Positions 27,138 to 37,030 of a DNA stretch of 37,598 nucleotides are shown here, piece by piece. The stretch's first letter is position 1. Every line of letters starts with the position of its first letter. The translations under genes and the position numbers were made by a program. The stretch comes from Candidatus Aenigmatarchaeota archaeon. GTDB lineage: Archaea; Aenigmatarchaeota; Aenigmatarchaeia; Aenigmatarchaeales; Aenigmatarchaeaceae. The notes under the pieces are model-generated. The model searched no databases. It had not been told where the DNA came from and saw only the letters and a list, made by a program, of their open reading frames with translations. The DNA is taken from positions 1 through 37,598 of the forward strand of contig JAZDKZ010000002.1 in assembly GCA_043802485.1 (NCBI GenBank), given 5' to 3'.

Positions 27138-27955
27138 TTTGATTTCCTCTCAACATGCCACCTTAGCAAAGGCGTGGCGAACAGCCACGTGTTCTGAAGG
27201 TCCAATACAAGGCCTATTATCAGGATTGACGCTATCTGGGTTATCACCACTGAAAGGGACATTGCATATAAGGCCATAAGGGCCACAAGGGTTGCTGCTG
27301 TTGTGGTGAAGCTGGTCTTGTAGCTTCCCTTTATCTTCTCGTCCATGCTGCCCTCGCCTTTCAATATCCTTGTTGTGATCATGACGTCGTCGTCAACAGA
27401 ATAGCCTATTATCATAAGCAGGGCAGCGAAGCTGGCCAAGGAAAGTTTTATCCCGATCATTTGTGATATTGCCAGCGTTGCTATGATATCAAAAGCAGGG
27501 CACAGGGTGACGTAAAGGCTTACTATGGGTATCTTGAAAATGAAGAGAATTGTTATGGCCATGAAAACAAAGGCTATAACAAGAACTATCAGTGCCTGGT
27601 TGAACGAAGCCGCACCAAGGCTTGGCCCGACCGTCTGTATTGAATAGTCATCAAAGCTGTAGCCGTTATCTTCAAGGGTGTCGAGAACGTCCTGCGTGTC
27701 AATGCTCTCGTCGAACTCGATAAAGGCCGAATAACCTGTCAAGCCGGATGCAATCCTTATGTTGGCATCATACTCTTCCAATATACCTTCCAATTCCTGC
27801 TCATTCAGCGCCCTGTTTGACTCTACTATTATCTGCGTCCCTCCTTTCAGATCAATGTCCAGGTTCAGGCCTTCGGTGCTCAGCTTCAGGAACAGATAGG
27901 ATATAGACAATGTTAAAACAATTAAAGGGACGGCAATCAATAATTTATAATTCAT
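27134..27955 (-). CDS. secF: Protein translocase subunit SecF
   Basis: IDLKGGT, VGPSLG, AALLMIIGYSVDDD, IGLVLD..NTW. Coupled to secD. Confidence 0.93.
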   Translation of the reverse strand: MNYKLLIAVPLIVLTLSISYLFLKLSTEGLNLDIDLKGGTQIIVESNRALNEQELEGILEEYDANIRIASGLTGYSAFIEFDESIDTQDVLDTLEDNGYSFDDYSIQTVGPSLGAASFNQALIVLVIAFVFMAITILFIFKIPIVSLYVTLCPAFDIIATLAISQMIGIKLSLASFAALLMIIGYSVDDDVMITTRILKGEGSMDEKIKGSYKTSFTTTAATLVALMALYAMSLSVVITQIASILIIGLVLDLQNTWLFATPLLRWHVERKSK

Positions 27956-28000
27956 AACAAATAGATATGATAGTAAAGTATTTTAAGCTTAAATGATAAC

Positions 28001-28969
28001 ATGAGAATCGGTATAGTTGGCTGCGGCATAAACGGCTCCTATTTGGCCTGGAAGCTCTCAAAAGAGCATGACGTCACTGTGTTTGAGAAGAAAAAAAAGA
28101 TAGGAAAGGACGTCTGTTCTGGCTTAGTTTCTGAAAGAATATGGAATTTCATACCAAAATCCGAAAAGCTGATTGTCAATGTGATAAAGGAGGCTGTGCT
28201 TCATTTTTCAAAGAAAGATGTCCATCTCAAGTTCTATCCTGATATGCTTGTCCTGAAGAGAAAGCCTCTTGACAAGTACGTTGCCTCGATGGCCCAGGAG
28301 GCCGGGGCAAAGATAATGCTGGGCTCAGAGATCAAGCGAGTGTACAATGTCAGGGGCATGAAGCCTCAGGTGAAGGTTGGCGGCAAGGTCCATGAGTTCG
28401 ACCGTCTTATCGGCGCTGACGGCTACTTTTCTGTTGTAAGGAAGAGTGTTGGTATCAGGGACCCGAAATACAGATTAGGCATCTATACGTACGTCAACAA
28501 GAAGGCAGACTCACAGTCGGTTGACATCTATCCGACAAGGAACGGCTTTTCCTGGGTCATACCGAGAAAGAAGAACCTAGAGTACGGCATCCTTGAAGAG
28601 CCTTCGGTTGCTAGGAAGATGTTCAATAGTTTTTGTAAGAGCAAGAGGATAAGACCGAAGAGGATACATTCTTATGTTGTTCCCACAGACCTGACTGATG
28701 CTGAGAGGGGAAAGGTGGCTCTATGCGGCGACGTGATAGGCCTGACAAAGCCATGGAGCGGTGGCGGTATCCTTTGGAGCATGAAGGCTGATGATATATT
28801 GGTAAAGAACTTTCCTGATTTCAGAAAGTATGACAGGGATTTGAGGCATTATTTTGAGCCTAAGATATTGTTCTCTAACTTTGCCCAATGGCTGGGCAAA
28901 GGCGTTGCCAACAGGGTTCCTTTCCTTGCGCCGAAGGAAGTATCATTTGATAGTGACTGGATATTTTAG
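28001..28969 (+). CDS. FAD-dependent oxidoreductase, geranylgeranyl reductase family
   Basis: IVGCGING Rossmann motif, VFEKK, CSGL, IGADG..SVVR, FSWVIP, GDVIGLTKPWSGGGI. Confidence 0.85.
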   Translation: MRIGIVGCGINGSYLAWKLSKEHDVTVFEKKKKIGKDVCSGLVSERIWNFIPKSEKLIVNVIKEAVLHFSKKDVHLKFYPDMLVLKRKPLDKYVASMAQEAGAKIMLGSEIKRVYNVRGMKPQVKVGGKVHEFDRLIGADGYFSVVRKSVGIRDPKYRLGIYTYVNKKADSQSVDIYPTRNGFSWVIPRKKNLEYGILEEPSVARKMFNSFCKSKRIRPKRIHSYVVPTDLTDAERGKVALCGDVIGLTKPWSGGGILWSMKADDILVKNFPDFRKYDRDLRHYFEPKILFSNFAQWLGKGVANRVPFLAPKEVSFDSDWIF

Positions 28970-29755
28970 ATTTTTCTCATGAATGTGGCCGCTGCTTCCA
29001 GAACATATAAAACCAGCAAGTCTTCCCATATTAGCCATCTTCGGAAACACATCATATTCAAGCGAGTTTCCAGGCATGTTAAAAATATCTGGATGAGAAA
29101 TAAATATGCCTGTATAAATAAGGTTGGAATTTGTTTTATTGGGTTTCTCGGAGAACTTTTCTATCTGATTGCCGTTCATTGTCACAACGCCCCACTTTGC
29201 AGGCGTTTGAGTTGTTTTTAGTAAATTTGTTACAACAGCGCTGTTGCCTTTATGAAAATTCCATACAACGTCTAGGTTGTAATTAAAAAGTATATCACAG
29301 TAAGAGCAAATAAATGTGGTTTTTACTTTGTCCTTCAAAAGCTTCAGTGTCCTTGCCGAGTCTTGCGTAGTGGCCGACTTTCCAACCTTTTCCTCCACAT
29401 AGTTTAGATTTATACCAAATCCTGATCCATCCCCAAGACTTTTGAAAATTTCACTAAGTGTGTTCTTCCTACCAACTAAGAATATATCTAAGAAATTATA
29501 CCTTCTAAAGTTCTCTATCATCCTCTCTATGACAGTTTTGCCCTTAAACTTTACGAGAGGCTTCAATACGCCGTTGAATTTGAGCTTATCCTCGTCGCCA
29601 CCAGCAAGTATCACAGCTACCCTCCTCTCAGAGGTTGACTTTCTTATCAAAGATTCAATTGCCTGAGACATGTTCCTTATCTTTATGCCGTCTATCAACA
29701 ACTTGACTTCATTTAGCACGTCGCTGTCTATAGTGACGGATATCTTCTTCTTCAT
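28943..29755 (-). CDS. Ribbon-helix-helix plus sugar-phosphate nucleotidyltransferase-like fusion
   Basis: MKKKISVTIDSDVLNEV..IRNMSQAIESLI RHH, then AVILAGG..LKPLV..YVEE..YCDILF..WGVV..FSEKP..LIYTGIF. Start ATG 29755. Confidence 0.85.
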   Translation of the reverse strand: MKKKISVTIDSDVLNEVKLLIDGIKIRNMSQAIESLIRKSTSERRVAVILAGGDEDKLKFNGVLKPLVKFKGKTVIERMIENFRRYNFLDIFLVGRKNTLSEIFKSLGDGSGFGINLNYVEEKVGKSATTQDSARTLKLLKDKVKTTFICSYCDILFNYNLDVVWNFHKGNSAVVTNLLKTTQTPAKWGVVTMNGNQIEKFSEKPNKTNSNLIYTGIFISHPDIFNMPGNSLEYDVFPKMANMGRLAGFICSGSSGHIHEKNLKYPVTIK

Positions 29756-29846
29756 GTTAAATAATCCGAATTTTATGTTTATATTTTTATCGGATAAGGT
29801 AGCATATAGGTAAGATTTATATACAAAGTTTGTCAATAAACAACTA

Positions 29847-30734
29847 ATGAAAAGGATTAGCATAATCGGTTCTGGGTATGTGGGCCAGGGAACCGGCAAA
29901 GGTTTTGCAGAAAAAAACAATGTCATATTCTACGATATCAACAAAAAAACTCTTGATGGTCTAAAGGGAGAAGGTTTCAGCACAACAGACAGCCTTGAGC
30001 AGGCGATAAAGGGCTCTGACATATCCTTGGTGGCTGTCCCTACGCCATCAACAAAGGAGGGAATAGACCTTAGCTGCATCAGGCAAGTAACAGAGGACAT
30101 ATCAAGGATACTGGCGGACAAAGAGGAGCCTCATGTTTTCATTTTCAAATCAACTATAGTGCCAGGCACAATCGAGAACGTGATAATACCGAGCCTGGAA
30201 AAACATTCCAACAAGAAGGCCAATGTAGATTTTGGCGTGGTCTTCTTGCCAGAGTTTCTAACAGAGATTGCACACTCATGGACAGACGATTCTGAATACA
30301 AAAGGGACTTTAGGACAGAAGATAAGATAATCATAGGCGAGGGTTCAAACAAGAAGTTTGGGGACATGGTTGAGCCGCTTTTCAAACATCTGAACACGCC
30401 GATAATAAGGACAGATTACAAGACGGCTGAAATAATAAAGTATGCGAACAACTTGCGTTTAGCAACTGCCATATCTTTTTCAAATGAGATGTACCAAATC
30501 TGTGGGAAACTTGGAATAGACGGGCAGAAGGTAGCAGAGATAGTTGCCATGGACAAGAGAATTGGAAAGTATGGGAGTGTTTGTGGCAAGGCTTTCGGAG
30601 GGAAATGCTTCCCAAAGGACCTGAGGGCGATGATAGGCTTTGTTGAGAACAATACTGACCACGACCCGGTATTACTGAGAGCAGTAGAAAGTGTTAATGA
30701 GACTATGAAAGAGAAGCACGGTGTTAGGGAATGA
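29847..30734 (+). CDS. UDP-glucose/GDP-mannose dehydrogenase family protein (short form)
   Basis: IIGSGYVG, VAVPTP, KSTIVPGT, PEFL, AEIIKY..N, FGGKCFPKD with catalytic Cys. Confidence 0.92.
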   Translation: MKRISIIGSGYVGQGTGKGFAEKNNVIFYDINKKTLDGLKGEGFSTTDSLEQAIKGSDISLVAVPTPSTKEGIDLSCIRQVTEDISRILADKEEPHVFIFKSTIVPGTIENVIIPSLEKHSNKKANVDFGVVFLPEFLTEIAHSWTDDSEYKRDFRTEDKIIIGEGSNKKFGDMVEPLFKHLNTPIIRTDYKTAEIIKYANNLRLATAISFSNEMYQICGKLGIDGQKVAEIVAMDKRIGKYGSVCGKAFGGKCFPKDLRAMIGFVENNTDHDPVLLRAVESVNETMKEKHGVRE

Positions 30735-31582
30735 TAAAAAAAGCAGTGATAACCGCCGGTGGGTTGGGAACCAGGTTCCTGCCCTTCACAAAGGAGTTTC
30801 CAAGGGAAATGCTTCCGCTTTTCTGCAGGGACAAGGAAAAAATAATTGTCAAGCCTCTGCTACAAATATCATTTGAGGCTCTCTTTAGCATAGGAATCAG
30901 AAACTTTTGTTTTGTTGTTGGAAGGGGCAAGAGAAGTATAGAGGACTACTTTACGCCAGACAAGAAACATCTGGAATACCTTAAAACCAAGAATATTGTT
31001 GCCAGCAGGCAGCTTGAAAAGTTTTACGAAAAGTTGGAAGAGTCTGAAATAACTTGGAAGCAACAGCCTGCGCCTATTGGGTTTGGTGATGCCGTCTATA
31101 GGGCAAAATCATTTGTAGGTTCGGATGATTTCATAGTGTGGGCGGGGGACGATTATATCCATTCACCAAATAATGATTTCATAAGGAACCTGATTTCAAC
31201 GTTTGAAGAAAACAACGCCAAGGCCGTGCTCTCGGCTGAAAGGGTTCCAAATCCAGAAAGATTTGGCGTTATCTTTGGGAAGGAGATTACCAAGGGCTTG
31301 TACAAGGTCTCAAAGATAGTGGAAAAGCCAAAAAATCCGGAATCAAACCTGACAGCCGTCGCCATATATGTTTTCAGCCCGGAAATTTTCAATAGCATAG
31401 AGAAAATCCCGTTCGGAGTTAACAACGAAAAACAGCTGACAGACGCTATACAAGGCTTGATTGACCAAAACTATAATGTCTTTGCAGAGGAGTTGAACGT
31501 GAACGCGATCAGGATAGATGTTGGCAAGCCAGAAAGCTACAAGTTGGCTTTGGAAAGGAGCCACGTTTTGCTGAAAGGGTAA
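30731..31582 (+). CDS. Sugar-1-phosphate nucleotidyltransferase (GalU-like)
   Basis: KKAVITAGGLGTRFLPFTK..PREMLP, GRGKRSIEDYF, GFGDAV, GDD, IVEKP, QLTDAI. Confidence 0.92.
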   Translation: MIKKAVITAGGLGTRFLPFTKEFPREMLPLFCRDKEKIIVKPLLQISFEALFSIGIRNFCFVVGRGKRSIEDYFTPDKKHLEYLKTKNIVASRQLEKFYEKLEESEITWKQQPAPIGFGDAVYRAKSFVGSDDFIVWAGDDYIHSPNNDFIRNLISTFEENNAKAVLSAERVPNPERFGVIFGKEITKGLYKVSKIVEKPKNPESNLTAVAIYVFSPEIFNSIEKIPFGVNNEKQLTDAIQGLIDQNYNVFAEELNVNAIRIDVGKPESYKLALERSHVLLKG

Positions 31583-31621
31583 TTTTATTTAAATTCCCTT
31601 TACTAAATTTTAAGTGATTGT

Positions 31622-32683
31622 ATGAGAATGCTTGTTACAGGCGGGGCCGGTTTCATAGGAAGCCATTTGGTTGACCTTCTTATTGAGGAAGGGCATGATG
31701 TTGTTGTTATCGACGACCTTAGCGGCGGCTTTAGGGAGAATGTGAACAAGAAAGCAGAGTTCGTGCTGGGAAGCCTGAACGATGTCAATCTCGTGAACAG
31801 AACAATGAAGAATGTTGACACAGTTTTCCATCTTGCCGCATATGCTGCCGAGAGCCTTAGCCACTTTATAAAAAATTTCAACTATAACAGCAACCTCATA
31901 GGCAGCGTTAATCTCATCAACGCAGCTGTCAACGAGAACGTTGAAAAGTTCCTTTTCACTTCCTCCATGGCCGTGTACGGGACGAACCAGACGCCTTTCA
32001 ACGAGGACATAATCCCGAATCCGGAGGACTCTTACGGCATAAGCAAGTATGCTGTTGAAAGGGAGCTGAAGATTTCCAACGACCTTTTCGGCCTCAAATA
32101 CGTCATAATAAGGCCTCACAACGTCCACGGCGAGAGGCAGAACATAGGCGACCCGTACAGGAATGTCATCGGCATATTCATGAACAGGATAATGAAAGGC
32201 CTGCCCCCGATTATTTACGGCGACGGTGAGCAGACAAGAGCATTCTCTTACATAAGCGATGTTGCCCCTTGCATAGCAAAGGCTCCTTTCATCAGGCAGG
32301 CAGAGAACGAGATTGTAAACGTCGGTGCTGCAGAGCCTTATAGCATCAACAAGCTTTCTAGGGTTGTTCTAAAGGCAATGAACTCTGATCTAAAGCCTTT
32401 ACACGCCCCTCCGAGGTACGAGGTCAAGCACGCGTTCTGTACCATAGACAAGTCCGTAAGGGTCTTGGGCTACAAGACAACAGTTAACCTGGACGAGGGT
32501 GTCACTAAAATGGCAAATTGGGCCAAAAAAGTTGGTCCGAGAACATCAAAGATATGGGAAAGGGTGGAGATAGAGAAGAACCTTCCCGTGTTCTGGAAGA
32601 GTCTCATGGAGACAGGCGAGCTCAATGTCCCAACAGAAGAGCATGCAGAGCTATCAAAGCCTAAAGAGAAGAAAGAAGCTTAG
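31622..32683 (+). CDS. NAD-dependent epimerase/dehydratase
   Basis: [27 protein letters not shown] (YxxxK), GDGEQTRAF. Confidence 0.95.
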   Translation: MRMLVTGGAGFIGSHLVDLLIEEGHDVVVIDDLSGGFRENVNKKAEFVLGSLNDVNLVNRTMKNVDTVFHLAAYAAESLSHFIKNFNYNSNLIGSVNLINAAVNENVEKFLFTSSMAVYGTNQTPFNEDIIPNPEDSYGISKYAVERELKISNDLFGLKYVIIRPHNVHGERQNIGDPYRNVIGIFMNRIMKGLPPIIYGDGEQTRAFSYISDVAPCIAKAPFIRQAENEIVNVGAAEPYSINKLSRVVLKAMNSDLKPLHAPPRYEVKHAFCTIDKSVRVLGYKTTVNLDEGVTKMANWAKKVGPRTSKIWERVEIEKNLPVFWKSLMETGELNVPTEEHAELSKPKEKKEA

Positions 32684-32758
32684 GCTTTAGAAAAAGTATT
32701 TAAAAGTCTGCCACACTCAATGTTTAATAGACTTTCAAATCGAGACAGAGGTATATAG

Positions 32759-34255
32759 ATGGATATTGAAATAAAGAAAGAGCAAATCCCACTTATCTTG
32801 ATAATAGCGTTAGGTATTTTCTTTATATATCTGGCTTCTCAGACTCAGATGCTCGGCGAGGACGAGGCTTTTTATTATTCTTTGGGAAAAGATTTTTCAG
32901 AAATGAAATATCCTGCATTTTACGGTCCCAACAGTCCGATGGTGCTTATGCCTTTCTTGCCTCTTGTATACGCCATACCCTTTGCAATATTCGGAGCTTC
33001 TCTGGGATTAGCTAAGATGATAGTTGCTATATTCGGCATTCTAACCATGATAATAGTTTATCTTATAGGGAAAAAAACCAACTTCTATTACGGGTTGTCT
33101 GCTGCTTTTTTATTGCTTTCTATCACACTGTTCACTCACTTTATGTTCATATCTTATCAAGAGGTCCCGATAGCGTTCTTCTCCTCACTGGTCACATACA
33201 TGTTGCTTACAACAGACTCGAAGAAAAAGTCAATTCTTACCGGGGCGGTGCTGGCTCTTGCATTCTTTACCAAACAAAGCGCCCTGATATTTTTGCCTAT
33301 TATAATACTTTATGCGATTTTCATATACCTTTACAAGAAAGACAGAAAATACTTGAAGTTTTCATTCATATCAGTCGTCGTTGCCATAGTGCTGATATCC
33401 CCGTTCGTGATTAGGAATATCATTCTCTACAACTATCCGTATACACAATTATTAAATTCTATTTTCACTTCTCCACAAAATGTGGGATGGGAGGGCTTAA
33501 CCAGTAGAATGCTATCTCCCATAATGCTGTCTGTAGGAAGCTATGCGTCTAGCTTTGGATGGCTCATAGTGTTATCAGTGATTTTCGGTATGAGCTGGTT
33601 CATTGTAGACGTAGGCTCAAAAAACAAGATATCTAAAGAACTGTTTTTATTTACCTTGATATCAGTGGTACTTTTAGTATCCTATTATATGTTCTATATT
33701 TTGGATGTACAAATTGTCGAGCCGAGGTACATTGCAATAATATTTCCACAACTTTCATTGATAGGGGGTTTCTTCTTATGGAAGCTTAAGGAAGCAAACA
33801 AATATTTCATAATTATAATTGGTTTGGTTCTAATCATATCTATATATTCTAGCGCATTGACCGCTTACACAACATCAGTATCACAAAGGTATCCGGCAGA
33901 TTACATTCAGGCATTGACATGGCTTAGACAGAGTACACCTAACGATTCCTTGATATTGACTACGTATGGTGGCAGTGTGAAATACTTTGCAGAAAGAGAT
34001 ACAATATGGAACATAAAGGAACTGCCTACAGTCATGTCATCTCAAGATAGTACATACATTTACGATATAATGGAAAAATACAATGTGTCATACATTCTGG
34101 TCTGGCGCGGTGTTCTTGGTCAAGATTTCATAATCCCTCAGAGCAACTTGATAGGGATGTTTACCTATAATTTTTTGAACAATGTTATGAACGACACCCA
34201 GAATTTCAACATAACTTACCAGAATCAAAACAACGTTATATTCAAGGTCTTATAA
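32759..34255 (+). CDS. ArnT/PMT-like (GT-C fold) membrane glycosyltransferase
   Basis: DEAFY motif after the first TM, ~12 TM helices, LAFFTKQ, EPRY, soluble C-terminal domain (ALTWLRQSTP..KYNVSYILV). Confidence 0.8.
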   Translation: MDIEIKKEQIPLILIIALGIFFIYLASQTQMLGEDEAFYYSLGKDFSEMKYPAFYGPNSPMVLMPFLPLVYAIPFAIFGASLGLAKMIVAIFGILTMIIVYLIGKKTNFYYGLSAAFLLLSITLFTHFMFISYQEVPIAFFSSLVTYMLLTTDSKKKSILTGAVLALAFFTKQSALIFLPIIILYAIFIYLYKKDRKYLKFSFISVVVAIVLISPFVIRNIILYNYPYTQLLNSIFTSPQNVGWEGLTSRMLSPIMLSVGSYASSFGWLIVLSVIFGMSWFIVDVGSKNKISKELFLFTLISVVLLVSYYMFYILDVQIVEPRYIAIIFPQLSLIGGFFLWKLKEANKYFIIIIGLVLIISIYSSALTAYTTSVSQRYPADYIQALTWLRQSTPNDSLILTTYGGSVKYFAERDTIWNIKELPTVMSSQDSTYIYDIMEKYNVSYILVWRGVLGQDFIIPQSNLIGMFTYNFLNNVMNDTQNFNITYQNQNNVIFKVL

Positions 34256-35682
34256 TGAAGATTTTAGTTTTAAACCCTCCGGGACCGTATTGTAGAGCAG
34301 GCTCCCGTTGGCCTCATAAAAGAGCTTCAAACGGATTGAAATACAATCCATTCCCCTTCTTCATTGCATATGCCACCTCTACACTTCTGAAGGCTGGGTA
34401 TGAGGCTGACATAAAAGACTGTATAGCTTTGGAGTGGGATAGAAGGGAGCTGTTGAATTACACGTCGTCGTTTAATCCGGATTTGATAGTGATGGAGACA
34501 AGCGCCCCGAGCTATTATTATGACATAGAGACGTTAAAACGATTAAAGGTACGTGGCAGAAAAATTGTTGCAGTTGGCTCGCACGCTTCTGCAACCTCAA
34601 AGGAACATATCAGGGACGGTTTCGATTATGTAATCATAGGTGAGTATGAAATATCATTGTTGAAGCTTGTTCAGCATCTAGACGGTAAAGTCAAAAGAAT
34701 GCCCAGGAGTGTCTATCACAAGAAGAACCAGAGGGTTTCATACAGTAAACTTATTGATGACTTGGATTCTCTGCCATGGCCGCCATGGAACCTGATGCCG
34801 ATGAAGGCATACAACGACCCATTCTGCTTTGGTAAAAACGTTGCCGTGATGTCTAGCAGGGGGTGTATTCACAACTGTTCCTTTTGCACAATAGCGCTGT
34901 TCTATGGAAGACCCGGCTGCAGGCTAAGGGATCCGGTCAAAGTTTGTGATGAGATATCATACTTGGTAGAAAAATACAAACCAGATGACATATACTTTGA
35001 AGACGATTCTATAACAATTTTTAAAAAACATATCATAGCAATGTGTAAGGAATACAAGAAAAGAAAATTCGGAGTACCGTTTTCATGCATGGGTGACTGT
35101 GCAGTTGACAACAAAACATTAAAGATTATGGCTGAAGCTGGATGTAGGGCATTCAAGTTCGGTGTGGAAAGTTTTGATCCAAAAGTCCTCAAGATGATAC
35201 CAAAACACATAACCATAAAAGATGTGAAAAGGGTTGTTAAGAGGTGCAAAGAACTTGGAATCAAGACACACCCGACATTTGTTCTAGGCCTTCCAGGAGA
35301 GACGCTTGAAAGTGCGAGGAACACTGTTAACGAGGCCTTCAAGCTAGACACCGATACGCTGCAGTTCAGCACAGCGACACCATATCCTGGAACAAGACTG
35401 TATAAAATGGCAGAGGAAAATGGTTGGCTATCAAAAAAGGGCTGGAAATTCTTTGACGGTAGTGGTGAAGTAGTTATAAGCTATCCAGAATTCACCTCAA
35501 AGGAGATAATGGATATTTACAAGAATGCTTGGGTGAGATGGGAGAGGCGCTTGGTTTTCAAAAAACCAGGAACATTGTACCAGCACTTATATGGAAAATA
35601 TAGGAGAGAGGGCGCAATACCTACTCTGCGAATGATAATTTCTGGAACAAAAAAACTTGTAAAAGGGGAGAAGATAGGTTAA
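34255..35682 (+). CDS. B12-binding-domain radical SAM protein
   Basis: N-terminal cobalamin-binding-like domain (VGSHAS..DYVIIGEYE), SSRGCIHNCSFC, YFEDD, FGVES, TPYPGT. Confidence 0.92.
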   Translation: MKILVLNPPGPYCRAGSRWPHKRASNGLKYNPFPFFIAYATSTLLKAGYEADIKDCIALEWDRRELLNYTSSFNPDLIVMETSAPSYYYDIETLKRLKVRGRKIVAVGSHASATSKEHIRDGFDYVIIGEYEISLLKLVQHLDGKVKRMPRSVYHKKNQRVSYSKLIDDLDSLPWPPWNLMPMKAYNDPFCFGKNVAVMSSRGCIHNCSFCTIALFYGRPGCRLRDPVKVCDEISYLVEKYKPDDIYFEDDSITIFKKHIIAMCKEYKKRKFGVPFSCMGDCAVDNKTLKIMAEAGCRAFKFGVESFDPKVLKMIPKHITIKDVKRVVKRCKELGIKTHPTFVLGLPGETLESARNTVNEAFKLDTDTLQFSTATPYPGTRLYKMAEENGWLSKKGWKFFDGSGEVVISYPEFTSKEIMDIYKNAWVRWERRLVFKKPGTLYQHLYGKYRREGAIPTLRMIISGTKKLVKGEKIG

Positions 35683-35683
35683 C

Positions 35684-37030
35684 ATGACCAAAGTAGCTCT
35701 GATAAATCCAGGTCTTAGAAAAATATTAGGAACTAAAAAGTTAAGTTCAATTGGAGAGGTTGCAAAAGCCCCGTTAGGTCTAGGCTTTCTAGCATCATAT
35801 CTAGAAAAGAATGGGATTGAGGTTTTTATTGTTGATGAAATGGCAGGCGATAATGTTGAAAATAAACTTAAAAACATAAATCCAGATCTGATTGGTTTAA
35901 CCTCAATGACCATGTTTGTTCCTGAGGCTTATAGAATTGCTAAATGGGTAAAAAATAATTTTGATGTTCCGTTGATTATGGGTGGTGTTCATGCTACTGC
36001 CCTACCTGAAGAAGTCATCAAACATGTTGATACTGTTGTTGTTGGAGAAGCAGAAAAAGTTCTTTTGGAAATGGCAAAGAACCCATCAAAAATAAAAAAA
36101 GGAATAATACAAGGTCAGACAATTGAAAATATTGATGAAATCGGAATGCCTGCTAGACATTTGATGAATATGAAATTCTATTTGTCTCAAAAGGACCAGA
36201 TAGCAGGAATTGAGATGAAAGCGGAATCTATCATAACAAGCAGGGGATGTCCTTATAGATGCATATTTTGTAGAAATTCTCTTAGGCCGGAACCAGTGAG
36301 ATTTAATAGTGTTGACCATGTAATAAACGAAATAAAATATTTAAAAGAAAAGTACGGAATAGAGGGGCTGGCATTTACAGACGAATGCTTTACTGCCAAT
36401 AAACCTAGACTAATTGAAATATGCAAAAGAATGATAAAAGATAAAATTGAGATAAAATGGGAATGTCAGACTAGATCGAATCTTATAGATTTAGACCTTG
36501 TAAAATTAATGAAAGAAGCAGGCTGTATCCAAATAGGAATTGGGTTTGAAAGCGGTAGTGATAGAATTCTAAAAGTTTTGAATAAAGGAAATACAGTTGA
36601 ACAAAACACAAAGGCTATTAAAATATGTAAAGAAGCTGGAATGAGATTAAGAGGATGTTTCATGATAGGAAACCCGACCGAAACAAAAGAAGATATAAAT
36701 TTGACAAAAAAATTTATAGAAGAGAACAATATAGACTTTTGTGGTGTTTTCTTAACAACACCATATCCAGGTACAGAACTATGGAATTATGCTCTTAGAA
36801 ATAATCTGATACCAAAAGATTTGGATTGGTCAAAATTTACTACAGGTTCTGAAGTAATTCCGTTTGCAAATAATATAATAACTGTTGAAGAGCTAAAAAG
36901 AATACATAATGAAATTAACATGAAATGTAACTTACGAAATTATTCTTTTTCACATCTAATAAAAAGAGCTATTAAACATCCAGCAACTGCAACCGGCATA
37001 TTAATTAAATACATAAAGGGTAAATTATGA
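35684..37030 (+). CDS. B12-binding-domain radical SAM protein
   Basis: PLGLGFLASYL, MGGVHAT, VVGEAE, TSRGCPYRCIFC, IGFESG, FMIGNP, TPYPGT. Confidence 0.93.
   Translation: MTKVALINPGLRKILGTKKLSSIGEVAKAPLGLGFLASYLEKNGIEVFIVDEMAGDNVENKLKNINPDLIGLTSMTMFVPEAYRIAKWVKNNFDVPLIMGGVHATALPEEVIKHVDTVVVGEAEKVLLEMAKNPSKIKKGIIQGQTIENIDEIGMPARHLMNMKFYLSQKDQIAGIEMKAESIITSRGCPYRCIFCRNSLRPEPVRFNSVDHVINEIKYLKEKYGIEGLAFTDECFTANKPRLIEICKRMIKDKIEIKWECQTRSNLIDLDLVKLMKEAGCIQIGIGFESGSDRILKVLNKGNTVEQNTKAIKICKEAGMRLRGCFMIGNPTETKEDINLTKKFIEENNIDFCGVFLTTPYPGTELWNYALRNNLIPKDLDWSKFTTGSEVIPFANNIITVEELKRIHNEINMKCNLRNYSFSHLIKRAIKHPATATGILIKYIKGKL

Noticed and set aside
29756..29926. N-terminal extension of the 327-aa ORF
   Set aside because: Overlaps the divergent dehydrogenase gene and the shared promoter. 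The RHH domain begins at ATG 29755.
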